This document shows, in pieces, positions 20,556 to 30,153 of a stretch of 64,000 nt of DNA. Made by a program: the position numbers and the translations under genes. The stretch comes from an uncultured Spirochaetota bacterium (GTDB lineage: Bacteria; Spirochaetota; Spirochaetia; SZUA-6; Fen-1364). The notes beneath the pieces are model-generated. The model made no database searches and had not been told where the DNA came from. It saw only the letters and a list, made by a program, of their open reading frames with translations. The DNA lies in NCBI GenBank assembly GCA_963745235.1, contig CAVUXE010000052.1, positions 256,001 to 320,000 on the forward strand, read 5' to 3'. Each line of letters begins with the position of its first letter. Position 1 is the stretch's first letter.

Positions 20556-20917
20556 CGGCGGGGTACGGGCAGATGGACGACAATACCAGGGAACCCTATT
20601 CGGTCAGGGTGACGCGTGACTTCTCTCGGATCGCTTTCACCGGGACGCTCCGGCTGCAAGGCAGGCCGGACTACGAGAAGATCCATCGCATGCTTCGCTA
20701 TGCGGCTCAGAGATCCGGGGAGAGCCTTGAGATCGACCTGCGTCAACTGCTTTTCCTGAACAGCTCTGGAATATCCACCTTCAGCCTTTTCATCATCGAG
20801 ATGCGGGAGATCGGAAAGAAGATTACCATCACGGGGAGCAAGGCAATCGCCTGGCAGAGCAAGTCCCTTGCAAACTTCCGGCGCCTGTACGACAAGGTCG
20901 TGGTCAACCTAGTGTAG
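20552..20917 (+). CDS. STAS-like anti-anti-sigma protein (slr1659-like)
   Basis: F.G.LRL.G..Y, L.FLNSSGI, WQSKSL.N.RL; ATGA coupling. Confidence 0.8.
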   Translation: MTAGYGQMDDNTREPYSVRVTRDFSRIAFTGTLRLQGRPDYEKIHRMLRYAAQRSGESLEIDLRQLLFLNSSGISTFSLFIIEMREIGKKITITGSKAIAWQSKSLANFRRLYDKVVVNLV

Positions 20918-21910
20918 ACGACCGGGAGCGCCCCCCTCCGCCTCAATGAACCGCACGGCCTTCCTCAGATCTTCCAGGATGGACGACCTCTCAGCGGGAG
21001 TGGCCGAATCCGGCTCGTAGTAGAGCTGGCGCAGGAAGAACCCGTTCCCGAACTCGACGAACCTCGATTCCCCGGCGCCCGTTTCAGTCTTGATTCCAAC
21101 GATCTTGAAGACCTTGAGGGGATAGTGGATTCCGCGGACCTCGATCAGGCGCGGTCCCTCGACTTCCACGATGTCCTTGACCAGGGCGTAGGTGTACTCG
21201 CTGATGAATATCGAGTTGCGGTCGGCGATTTTTTCCAGGCGCGCCGCGATGTTCACCTGGCCCCCGATGATGGTGTAGTCCATCCTGGCTTCGGAGCCGA
21301 AGTTGCCGACTGTGCAGTAGCCGGTGTTGATCCCCATGCGCACGGCAAGGCCCTGGGAGGCCCCCACGGCAAGCCACTTGCTGCTCAGCAGCTTCACCTT
21401 CTCCAGCATCTCCACGGCCATGCGCACGCAGCGCTTGGCGTGCGTCTCGTCATCGATGAACTGGGGGTCACCGAAGAAAACGACAATGGCGTCCCCGATG
21501 AACTTGTCCACCGTTCCCCCGTAGATGCCCGCGATGGTGGACATCTCGGTGAGGTACTCGTTGAGAAGGGCGGACAGCGTCTCGGGCTCCAGGGTATCGG
21601 TCACCTCGGTGAAGCCCACGATGTCTGAAAAGAACATGGTGAGCTTCTGGCGCTTGTAGGAGAGCTCGGAGGTGAGCTTTCCCGTCTCGATGGAGTCGTA
21701 GACCTGGGAGGGCAGGTAGATCTTCATGAGGGCGAGCAGGCTGTTGATGCGCTGGTTTTTCTCCTCCAGCTCGTTCTCGATCATCGTTCCGTGCTCGATC
21801 GTGTTCTCGTACATGATCTGGAGATCACGCTGCCAGTTCTTGAGCTTTTCGATCTCCCGCCTCAGGTCCGCGATGTCGACGAAGCTCTCCTCCGGGGGAT
21901 TCTCTGTCAT
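20909..21910 (-). CDS. Class III adenylate cyclase with N-terminal coiled coil
   Basis: FSDIVGFT, DKFIGDA, RMGINTG, MDYTIIGGQVNIAARLE (K/D adenine-specifying residues). Confidence 0.9.
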   Translation of the reverse strand: MTENPPEESFVDIADLRREIEKLKNWQRDLQIMYENTIEHGTMIENELEEKNQRINSLLALMKIYLPSQVYDSIETGKLTSELSYKRQKLTMFFSDIVGFTEVTDTLEPETLSALLNEYLTEMSTIAGIYGGTVDKFIGDAIVVFFGDPQFIDDETHAKRCVRMAVEMLEKVKLLSSKWLAVGASQGLAVRMGINTGYCTVGNFGSEARMDYTIIGGQVNIAARLEKIADRNSIFISEYTYALVKDIVEVEGPRLIEVRGIHYPLKVFKIVGIKTETGAGESRFVEFGNGFFLRQLYYEPDSATPAERSSILEDLRKAVRFIEAEGGAPGRLH

Positions 21911-21954
21911 GAGATCAATGTAACGGCAGAGGGAACGCGATGGAAGGTCCCGCT

Positions 21955-22341
21955 TCAGGCTTCCCCGCGGGAGCGCCGCGCGTCGATGTCATCCGGATAC
22001 GAGAGGGCTTCCCCTCCCCGCTCCCCCGTGCGGATGCGAAGGACATCTTCCACGGGGTAGATGAAGATGATTCCGTCCCCTTCCTTGCCCGTGCGGGCGG
22101 CCTTCATGATGGCGGCGACCGTGGTTTCGACGTTGCGCTCGCTGAGGATGATGTTCAGCTGGATCTTCGGGAGCATGTCTTTGTGCAGATAGGTATACCG
22201 CCAGGAGTGCTCCTGGCTGCCGAGCCTTCCGTGGCCGCGGATCTCGAAAACGTTCATTCCCACGATCCCGATGCCGGCCAGCGCCTCGCGAACGCCGTCA
22301 AGGGCCTCCTCCCTGATGATTGCCTCGATCTTTCGAAACAC
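21955..22341 (-). CDS. PII-family regulator, non-canonical T-loop
   Basis: KIEAIIR, G.GR, D.LPK, ARTG..GDG.IF..PVE.V.RIRTGE.G. Confidence 0.9.
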   Translation of the reverse strand: MFRKIEAIIREEALDGVREALAGIGIVGMNVFEIRGHGRLGSQEHSWRYTYLHKDMLPKIQLNIILSERNVETTVAAIMKAARTGKEGDGIIFIYPVEDVLRIRTGERGGEALSYPDDIDARRSRGEA

Positions 22342-22518
22342 GCTTCTGTTCTCCTTTCACACAGAACGTGCACGAATACGGCCTCCTCTGCAACGGTCGG
22401 CCGGCGGCTCCGCGGGGAGGTCGGTATTCGCGCCATCTTGTCCTGTTCCATCTCTACCACGCGGAGCAGCGCGTGATGAATTTGATGGTGATCCAATTGT
22501 TTCCGAGGAGGATTGCCT

Positions 22519-23871
22519 ATGACCAAACGCGCTCTCTCGGTCGTGGCATGCGCCGCGGCCATCATGCTGCTGGGAGTGCTCCCCGCCGGCGCTGGCGGGC
22601 AGCCGGAAGCTTCCACGGGGCCGGTGACGCTGCAGTACGCGTTCTGGGGGGACCAGAACGAGATCAATGCCACCAACGCATACCTGAACGGGTACATGCA
22701 AAAGCACCCGAATGTGAAGATAGAGGCTCTCAACTTCGGCTCGAACACCGATTTCAATACCAAGATCACCACCCTTGCCGCAAGCAACACGCTTCCCGAC
22801 CTCGGGTACTTCTACGAGCCCAACGTGCTCACCTGGGGAATGAGCGGCAAGTTCGTTGACCTCACCGACTTCTACAAGAGCCAGCCGGCCAAGCTGGATG
22901 CCATCAAGTTCGTCACCCCGGACGGAAAGATCGTCGGGGTCAGCGTCGCGAACGAGGTCCAGGTGATCTGGTACAGCAGGAAGATGTTTGATGACGCCGG
23001 GCTCCCCTACCCGCCGGCGGAGGCGAGCAAGGCATGGAGCTGGGACAAGTTCGTGCAGGTGGCGAAGCAGCTGACCAAGGACGCGAACGGAAAGACACCC
23101 AACGATGCGGGCTTCGATCCGCAGAACATTCATCAGTTCGGGACATGGGTCCAGAACTGGTGGATGCCGTGGCTCACCTTCGCAATCAGCAACGGCGGAG
23201 GCCTCGTCAACGCTGACGGGACGAAACTGATCATGGACAGCCCCGGCACCATCGAGGCAATCCAGAAGATGGCTGATCTGGCGACGGTGGATCACGTGAG
23301 CCCCGCGCCCGGCACGCAGCAGATGCCCACCGCCGCGGCAACGGCGCTGCTCAGCCAGCAGGTGGCGATGGTGGTGGACGGGACCTGGGACCTTCTCACG
23401 CTGGGGATCACGAAGCAGCAGCAGGGCCTGGACTTCGGCGTCGGGGTGCTTCCCTCCATGAAGAACCTCGCCACCTCGTCCGTCGGGACGCCCATTGTGG
23501 TGTACAAGTCCTCCGCGCACATCCCCCAGGCGCTGGAGCTGCTGAAGTTCGTCATGAACCCGGAGAACTCGCTTCCCCTTGAGAAGAGCGGACTGTGGCT
23601 TCCGAACGAGAAACAGTGGTACACGGACCCGAAGCTCATTGCGGAGTGGACGGACAACCCTGTGCATCCGCCCGAGTACAGGACGGCGGTGGTGGATTTC
23701 GCCCTGAACTACTCGCACCGGCTGCCGCAGTACTATGTGCCGACCTTCTCGAAGATGGACGACGTCATTGAAGCAGCGCTTCAGCAGGTCTGGCTGGGCC
23801 AGAAGACGGCCGCGGACGTGATCAACAACGAGATCATGCCGAAGATCACGCCGATCTTCCAGGGAAAGTGA
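22519..23871 (+). CDS. Sugar ABC transporter substrate-binding protein
   Basis: Signal peptide; FWG, LPDL, WSWD.F, AM.VDG.W. Confidence 0.9.
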   Translation: MTKRALSVVACAAAIMLLGVLPAGAGGQPEASTGPVTLQYAFWGDQNEINATNAYLNGYMQKHPNVKIEALNFGSNTDFNTKITTLAASNTLPDLGYFYEPNVLTWGMSGKFVDLTDFYKSQPAKLDAIKFVTPDGKIVGVSVANEVQVIWYSRKMFDDAGLPYPPAEASKAWSWDKFVQVAKQLTKDANGKTPNDAGFDPQNIHQFGTWVQNWWMPWLTFAISNGGGLVNADGTKLIMDSPGTIEAIQKMADLATVDHVSPAPGTQQMPTAAATALLSQQVAMVVDGTWDLLTLGITKQQQGLDFGVGVLPSMKNLATSSVGTPIVVYKSSAHIPQALELLKFVMNPENSLPLEKSGLWLPNEKQWYTDPKLIAEWTDNPVHPPEYRTAVVDFALNYSHRLPQYYVPTFSKMDDVIEAALQQVWLGQKTAADVINNEIMPKITPIFQGK

Positions 23872-24782
23872 TTTCAGCGCGCAGGACCGCGCGTCGATGG
23901 ACAGCCCGTGAGGCAATCACGGGCTATCTCTTTGCCTCCCCCGTCATCCTGGGGCTCCTGATCTGGGTGATCGGGCCCATGATCGGGATCGTCTTCATCA
24001 GTCTCACGGACTGGAACGTCCTCAGCGTCCCCCGCCTGATCGGCCTCCGCAACTACATCCGCCTCTTCACCACGGACCTCTTCTTCCGCGGCTCCCTCGC
24101 GGTCACCTCGTATTTCGTGGTCGTGAACGTTGCGCTGACCATCCTCTACTCCCTCATCCTCGCCCTGCTGCTCAACCAGAAGATCCGGGGGCGCGGGATC
24201 TACCGAAGCATCTTCTATCTCCCGTCCATCCTCCCGGTCGTTGCGAGCAGCATCCTCTGGCTGTGGCTGTACAACCCGGACTTCGGGCTCTTCAACGATG
24301 TGCTGCGGGCCGTCGGGATCCGCAAATCCCTGTGGCTCGTCGGGCAGACGACCGTGGTCCCCTCCCTCGTCCTCATGTCCGTCTGGGGCGGCGCGGGCAA
24401 CACCATCGTCATCTTCCTGGCCGCGCTCCAGGGCGTCCCGCGGCAGCTCCTGGAGGCGGTTGAAATGGATGGAGGGAACTGGTTTCACAAGTTCTGGGCC
24501 ATCACGTGGCCCATGATCTCACCGGTCACGTTCTTCAACCTCGTGGTTGGTCTCATCAATTCTTTCCAGGTCTTCACGCAGATCTATATCATGACCAACG
24601 GCGGCCCGAACAACGCGAGCCTCTTCTATGTCTACCTGATGTACCGGGACGGTTTCCAGCGAAACGACATGGGAACGGCGGCGGCGTTGTCCCTGGCGCT
24701 CTTCCTGATCGTTTCCCTCCTCGGTTTGCTCCTCTTCCGCTGGTCGCGGCGCTGGGTGTACTACGGCGGGGAAGGCGCATGA
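23868..24782 (+). CDS. Carbohydrate ABC permease
   Basis: LQGVP.QLLEA..MDG (EAA loop), MTNGGP. Confidence 0.92.
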   Translation: MISARRTARRWTAREAITGYLFASPVILGLLIWVIGPMIGIVFISLTDWNVLSVPRLIGLRNYIRLFTTDLFFRGSLAVTSYFVVVNVALTILYSLILALLLNQKIRGRGIYRSIFYLPSILPVVASSILWLWLYNPDFGLFNDVLRAVGIRKSLWLVGQTTVVPSLVLMSVWGGAGNTIVIFLAALQGVPRQLLEAVEMDGGNWFHKFWAITWPMISPVTFFNLVVGLINSFQVFTQIYIMTNGGPNNASLFYVYLMYRDGFQRNDMGTAAALSLALFLIVSLLGLLLFRWSRRWVYYGGEGA

Positions 24783-25612
24783 GATCGGAACGGAGGCTGT
24801 GGCGCGTGCTGCTGTACTTCATCCTCACCCTCGGCGCCGCGCTTTGCCTTGTCCCGATCTTCTGGCTGGTGCGCAGCTCACTGATGACCCTCGTGGAGAT
24901 ATTCAAGTTCCCGCCCCTCGCGTGGCCCGCCATGATGCGCTGGGACAACTACGCAGGGGCAATGACCACCTTTCCCTTTCTCCTGTATTTCAGGAATACG
25001 CTGATCGTCGTGGTGCCCACGGTGCTCGCGTCCCTGGTGACCTCCAGCCTGTCGGCCTACGGACTGGCGAGGTTCCGTTTTCCGCTGCGAGGGTTCTGGT
25101 TCTCGCTCGTTGTGGGCGCCATCATCGTGCCGCCCGCCGTGGTCCTCATTCCGCAGTTCATCCTCTGGACTCGTCTTCACCTGGTCAACACCTTCTTTCC
25201 CCTGATCGTCCCTTACTGGTTCGGCGGCGGCGCGTTCAACGTGTTCCTCCTGCGCCAGTTCTTCATGACCGTGCCGAGAGACTTCGATGACGCGGCGAGG
25301 ATGGACGGCGCAACGTACTTCCGTGTTTTCCGCCAGATTCTGCTCCCGTTCATCCAGCCCGCCCTCATCGCCGTCGGCCTGTTTCAGTTCTTCTTCCAGT
25401 GGAACGATTTCTTCGGCCCCCTGATCTACCTCAACGACCCGCATACCTACACCCTGGCCGTCGGGCTGACGCACTTCATTGGCACATTCGCCACGCAATG
25501 GAACTACCTGATGGCGGCAACCGTCATCATCGTCGTCCCTCCCGTCATCGTATTCTTCGTCGGCCAGCGGTACTTCGTCGAGGGCATCACGCTGACAGGC
25601 ATCAAGATGTGA
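24779..25612 (+). CDS. Carbohydrate ABC permease
   Basis: LRQFF..VP.DFDDAARMDGA, WNDFFGPLIYL. Confidence 0.92.
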   Translation: MRSERRLWRVLLYFILTLGAALCLVPIFWLVRSSLMTLVEIFKFPPLAWPAMMRWDNYAGAMTTFPFLLYFRNTLIVVVPTVLASLVTSSLSAYGLARFRFPLRGFWFSLVVGAIIVPPAVVLIPQFILWTRLHLVNTFFPLIVPYWFGGGAFNVFLLRQFFMTVPRDFDDAARMDGATYFRVFRQILLPFIQPALIAVGLFQFFFQWNDFFGPLIYLNDPHTYTLAVGLTHFIGTFATQWNYLMAATVIIVVPPVIVFFVGQRYFVEGITLTGIKM

Positions 25613-25674
25613 GGAAGCGGAGCACTTGCCGCGACACCCTCCAACGCGTACGTTGAAAAGGCGAGGAGGGCGCG

Positions 25675-26169
25675 ATGAAAGCAGGGGCGCTTTTCATCAT
25701 TCTGGTGCTCGGGCTTGTCGCCGCCGGGAGGGCGGCCGCGGAGGATACGACAAAGGGGGATCCGAGGGTCGCGCGGCAGCTGGACCGATTGGGCCTGAAG
25801 TACAAGCTCACCGACAGCGGCAACTACTCTCTCACGTACGATCTGAAAGGCGGGCGCAGTCAGACCGTCTATATCATGGGCACGACGGAAAAATACAATG
25901 ATACGGAAATCCGCGAGCTGTGGTCCCGCGCGGGCACGTATGACACGCTGCCCCCCGCGGACGTGATGCAGACGCTCCTGGAGGAAAGCGGGACGGAGAA
26001 GATCGGCTTCTGGAGCATCGAGAAAAGCGACGGGGGCGGGTACATCGTGTATTTCTCCGTGAAAGTCCCTGTCTATGTGCGGGATTCGGACCTCTCCTCG
26101 CTTCTCGAGCTCACGGCGGACGTGGCGGACCAGAAAGAGCAGGAGCTGTTCAACTCGGACGACGAGTGA
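25675..26169 (+). CDS. Secreted hypothetical protein (YbjN/T3SS-chaperone-like pattern)
   Basis: Signal peptide, AGGAGG RBS; GRSQ.V.I, KIG.W, AD..E..L...D. Confidence 0.6.
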   Translation: MKAGALFIILVLGLVAAGRAAAEDTTKGDPRVARQLDRLGLKYKLTDSGNYSLTYDLKGGRSQTVYIMGTTEKYNDTEIRELWSRAGTYDTLPPADVMQTLLEESGTEKIGFWSIEKSDGGGYIVYFSVKVPVYVRDSDLSSLLELTADVADQKEQELFNSDDE

Positions 26170-26326
26170 ACGGGTTGATCTGCCCGGCCAGAGCGGCGCG
26201 GCTCTTGCGCGGGTGAACGCAGCGGGCTCGCCGCTCATGGCAGGGCCAATCGCGCTGCTCGTCCGGCTGCCGCGCGCGGACGCGATAACTGCCCACGGCG
26301 CTGTCCTTCCTCAGTATCTTGTGTCT

Positions 26327-27029
26327 GTGACCCTTCGAATCGGCACCAGCGGCTACAGCTACAAGGAATGGAAGGGCGTATTCTACCCGGAGGACCTCAA
26401 GGCATCGGAAATGCTGTCCTACTACGCCGAGCGGCTGGGCACCGTGGAGATCAACAATACCTTCTACCGACTCCCGACGCGAAAGCTGCTGGAAGGCTGG
26501 GCCTCCCAGGTGCCGGACGGCTTCCGCTTTGTCCTGAAAGTGTCCCAGAAAATCACCCATTTCAAGCGGCTCAAGGGAGCGGAGGAAGAGACCGGTTACC
26601 TTGTGGACAGCGCGCGCGTGCTGGGGCCAAAGCTCGGAGCCTTCCTTGTCCAGATCCCGCCGAACTTCGCGCGCGACGATGATCGGCTGGCGAAGTTCCT
26701 CGCCTTGCTGCCCGGCGGAAATGCGCGCGGCCCTCGAAGTCCGCAATCCTTCCTGGATGGACCCCCAGGTCTTCGCGATACTGGAAAAGCACGGCGTTGC
26801 CCTTGTTGCGAGCCAGACGGACGAAGAGCCCGAGCCGGCCATCGTGAGGACCGCCCCCTGGGGCTACCTTCGACTTCGAAAGACGTCGTATCAGCCCGGC
26901 GAGCTCACGGACTGGTCGCGGCGGATAGCAGACATGGGATGGGACGACGCCTTCGTGTTCTTCAAGCACGAACAGATAGCACCCGATCTGGCTGAAAAGC
27001 TGACCGCAGCCGCGCAGAAAAACGCATAG
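26327..27029 (+). CDS. DUF72 (YecE-like) protein, frameshift at ~26712
   Basis: IGTSGYSY.EW.G.FYP, VEINNTFY, LVQ.PP; second frame ALEVRN.SW, YLRLR, VFFKH. Confidence 0.88.
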
Positions 27030-27097
27030 GCGCAGGCCGCCCTGACCAGGCATCCCCGCGGGAACCGCTTGCCGAAGAGGCGTGTTCAAGAGTAATC

Positions 27098-28162
27098 ATG
27101 GGTATGCTGTTCACACCTTTGACGATTCGTGAGATCACGCTTCGAAACCGTATCTGCGTCTCTCCCATGTGCCAGTACTCATGCCAGGACGGCTTTGCCA
27201 CTGACTGGCACCTCGTCCACCTCGGCAGCCGGGCCGTGGGCGGAGCGGCGCTCGTCTTCACGGAGGCCACTGCCGTGACCGCGCAGGGACGGATCAGCGC
27301 GCATGACCTTGGCATCTGGAAGGACGAGCACATCCCCGCGCTGGCACGGGTTGCGCACTTCGTCGCGGCACAGGGAGCGCTGCCCGGCATCCAGCTTGCG
27401 CATGCCGGCAGAAAGGCTTCCGTCGCGGTCCCCTGGGACGGCGGAGGCCCGGTTGCGGAAGCGGGAGGCGGTTGGCGGACCGTGGGCCCCAGCCCTCTCC
27501 CCTTTGCCCAGGGATACCAGGCCCCTGACGAGCTGTCCCCCGCGGGCATCTCGGAGGTGGTTGCCGCCTTTGCGGCCGCTGCCCGGCGGGCTCTGGAGGC
27601 CGGCTTCCAGGTCCTGGAAATCCACAACGCACACGGATACCTCCTGCACGAGTTCCTCTCCCCGTTGTCGAATCATCGCACCGACCGATACGGCGGCTCC
27701 CTGGAAAACCGCATGCGCCTGCCGCGCGAGGTCGCGGCGGCGGTGCGCGCCGTGGTGCCGGGGCGTCTCCCCCTGTTCGCCAGGATCTCCTGCTCTGACT
27801 GGGTGGAAGGGGGCTGGGACATTGAGCAATCAGTGGAGCTCGGACGCGCGCTGAAGCAGGAGGGAGTGGACCTCATAGACTGCTCTTCCGGCGGCAACGT
27901 CATGGAGGCGCAGATCCCCTTCGGGCCGGGCTATCAAACCGGCTTTGCGGAACGCATCCGGCGCGAGTCGGGTATCCCTACCGGATCCGTCGGCCTCATT
28001 ACGTCGGCCCAGCAGGCGGATCACGTCCTTCGAACAGGACAGGCGGACGTGGTCATCATGGCCCGACAGCTCCTGAGAGATCCATACTGGCCGCTTCGCG
28101 CGGCGGCTGAGCTGAAAGCGCAGGCTCCCTGGCCCAACCAGTACCTCCGCGCCAGGGTCTGA
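27098..28162 (+). CDS. NADH:flavin oxidoreductase (Old Yellow Enzyme, NamA-like)
   Basis: SPMCQYS, IQLAHAGRKA, H.AHGYLLHEFLSP, RTD.YGGSLENR. Confidence 0.95.
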   Translation: MGMLFTPLTIREITLRNRICVSPMCQYSCQDGFATDWHLVHLGSRAVGGAALVFTEATAVTAQGRISAHDLGIWKDEHIPALARVAHFVAAQGALPGIQLAHAGRKASVAVPWDGGGPVAEAGGGWRTVGPSPLPFAQGYQAPDELSPAGISEVVAAFAAAARRALEAGFQVLEIHNAHGYLLHEFLSPLSNHRTDRYGGSLENRMRLPREVAAAVRAVVPGRLPLFARISCSDWVEGGWDIEQSVELGRALKQEGVDLIDCSSGGNVMEAQIPFGPGYQTGFAERIRRESGIPTGSVGLITSAQQADHVLRTGQADVVIMARQLLRDPYWPLRAAAELKAQAPWPNQYLRARV

Positions 28163-28190
28163 AACCCGTCCCCGTGGCCGCGAAAACCGT

Positions 28191-28886
28191 ATGGATGAGC
28201 AGGACAAGGCACTGATCCAGCCGGGGAGCAAACCTGACGCCGCGGTCATTCTCCTGCATGGCCTCGGCGCGGACGGCCACGACTTCGAGCCGCTCGCGCC
28301 GGAGTTGAATCTGCCCGACGCGCCGTCGATACGGTGGGTCTTCCCTCACGCGCCCGTGCGGCCCGTCACCGTCAACGGCGGATACAGGATGCGCGCCTGG
28401 TACGATATCATCGCCCTGGACCCCGAGGCTCCCGAAGACGAAACCGGGATTCGCGAAGCGGCGCGGACTGTCGGCTCTTTCATCCGTGCCGAGCGGGAGC
28501 AGGGAATCCCGGATCACAGGATTGTCCTTGCCGGCTTCTCGCAAGGCGGGGCCGCGGCGCTGTTCACGGCGCTGCGGTGGCCAGAGCGTCTTGCCGGGGT
28601 TGTCGCCTTGTCCTGCTACCTTCCCCTTCCGGGACGGTTGACCGCGGAGGCCCACCCGGCGAACAAGGCTGTGCGTATCTTCATGGCGCATGGGACGGCT
28701 GACCCGGTTGTGCCGCTCCCGTTCGGGGAAGCGGCAAGAGATCAGCTGACGGCCATGGGATGCGACGTGGAGTGGCACACCTACCAGATCCAGCACGGCC
28801 TGTGCGCGCAGGAGGTGGGAGACTTGAGGGCGTGGCTCCTGGGCGTCCTTCCCGGACTTACTTCGGAGCCACCGTCATCTCACTGA
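28191..28886 (+). CDS. Carboxylesterase/phospholipase (alpha/beta hydrolase)
   Basis: LHGLGA, MRAWYDI, GFSQGG, HGTADPVVP. Confidence 0.93.
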   Translation: MDEQDKALIQPGSKPDAAVILLHGLGADGHDFEPLAPELNLPDAPSIRWVFPHAPVRPVTVNGGYRMRAWYDIIALDPEAPEDETGIREAARTVGSFIRAEREQGIPDHRIVLAGFSQGGAAALFTALRWPERLAGVVALSCYLPLPGRLTAEAHPANKAVRIFMAHGTADPVVPLPFGEAARDQLTAMGCDVEWHTYQIQHGLCAQEVGDLRAWLLGVLPGLTSEPPSSH

Positions 28887-30153
28887 CCGCTGATCGAAGC
28901 TTCTCCTGCATCTTTTTGATGTCGCCGCTGAAGATGTATGAAATGGCGAGCAGGAGCAGGGCGCAGGGAACCCACATGGCTGCGGAGATGCTCAAGGCCG
29001 CCCCCATTCCGAGGGCCACCGAAAGAACGCCTCCGACGAGCTTGCCGAGTCCTGTGCCCACGGAATCCGTCAGGTTGAAGATCGAAAAGATGGATCCCCG
29101 GTTTTCCGGCACGTTCACATCCAGCAGCATTGTCTTCACGTTCGGGTTGGTGATCATGGCGATGAAGGAGGCAAGAAGGCCAAGGATCAGCATGAGAGGC
29201 AGGTTCCTTCCCAGGGGCAGAATGAAAATGACCACCGCTATCAGGGCCCCGGCGAAGGTCGTAGCCGAGCACAGGAGCGGAAGATGGGAAGCCGTGCGCT
29301 TGAACAGGGCGCCTCCCCACAGCCCGCCGACAATTGTTCCGATGGTTGCCCCGACGCCGAAGAACAGGAACACCGTGGTCGCTTCCTGGATGGTAAAGCC
29401 CCGGTCCTCGCTCAGAAACTTCACGAGGAAGAGCGGGATTGCGCCCCAGGGAATTGTGCCGACGAGCCCCTGGATGAACAGGTACAGGTTGGTCTTCACA
29501 CGGAACAACTCGCGGTAATCTGAAAGCTTCATTGTCCGGGAATAGACGTAGCCGCCATCTATCAGCGCTTTCAAGGATTCTTCCGTGGCGCCCCGCCGGG
29601 GCTCGGAGACAAAGAAGTAGAAAAAGGGCAGGACGATCAATCCCGGCAACGCGGTGACCAGGAACGGAAACCGCCATCCGAAAGCGGGGCCGAGGTATCC
29701 GCCGAGGAGCTGGCCTAGTATCTGGCCCAACCCGATGACGGTGACCATCCACGTCACCGCGGATGCCCTTTCCTTCTCCCCGTACATGTCGCCGATCAGG
29801 GAGAAAATGGTCGGAAAGGAAACACCCACCCCGATGCCGGTGAGGATCCTGAGGATGAAGAACTGCGGGTAGTTCTGCACGAACGCGGTCAGCAGGCACG
29901 GGATCTGGCCGAGGAGGATGGAGTAGACAAACAGCAGCTTCCGGTTCTTCTTGTCCGTCAGGTATCCCCAGACGATGCTGACCACCGCTCCCAGGATGGT
30001 AAAGAGCCCGCTCATGAGGCCGATGGCGGCATCATTGACGCTGAACTCCTTTTCGATGAGCACGAGCGTGGAGTTCATCACGTTCTGGTCCGCGTTCAGG
30101 AATCCGACGATGATGATCATGAGCACAAGCGCAAGGGTCCTGCTGTTTTTCAT
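28858..30153 (-). CDS. MFS transporter
   Basis: 12-TM pattern; G.L.DK..RK motif A. Confidence 0.9.
   Translation of the reverse strand: MKNSRTLALVLMIIIVGFLNADQNVMNSTLVLIEKEFSVNDAAIGLMSGLFTILGAVVSIVWGYLTDKKNRKLLFVYSILLGQIPCLLTAFVQNYPQFFILRILTGIGVGVSFPTIFSLIGDMYGEKERASAVTWMVTVIGLGQILGQLLGGYLGPAFGWRFPFLVTALPGLIVLPFFYFFVSEPRRGATEESLKALIDGGYVYSRTMKLSDYRELFRVKTNLYLFIQGLVGTIPWGAIPLFLVKFLSEDRGFTIQEATTVFLFFGVGATIGTIVGGLWGGALFKRTASHLPLLCSATTFAGALIAVVIFILPLGRNLPLMLILGLLASFIAMITNPNVKTMLLDVNVPENRGSIFSIFNLTDSVGTGLGKLVGGVLSVALGMGAALSISAAMWVPCALLLLAISYIFSGDIKKMQEKLRSAVSEMTVAPK

Noticed and set aside
26170-26310. Nested inverted repeats upstream of the DUF72 gene
   Set aside because: Short, imperfect and GC-rich, and upstream of the inferred leaderless start.
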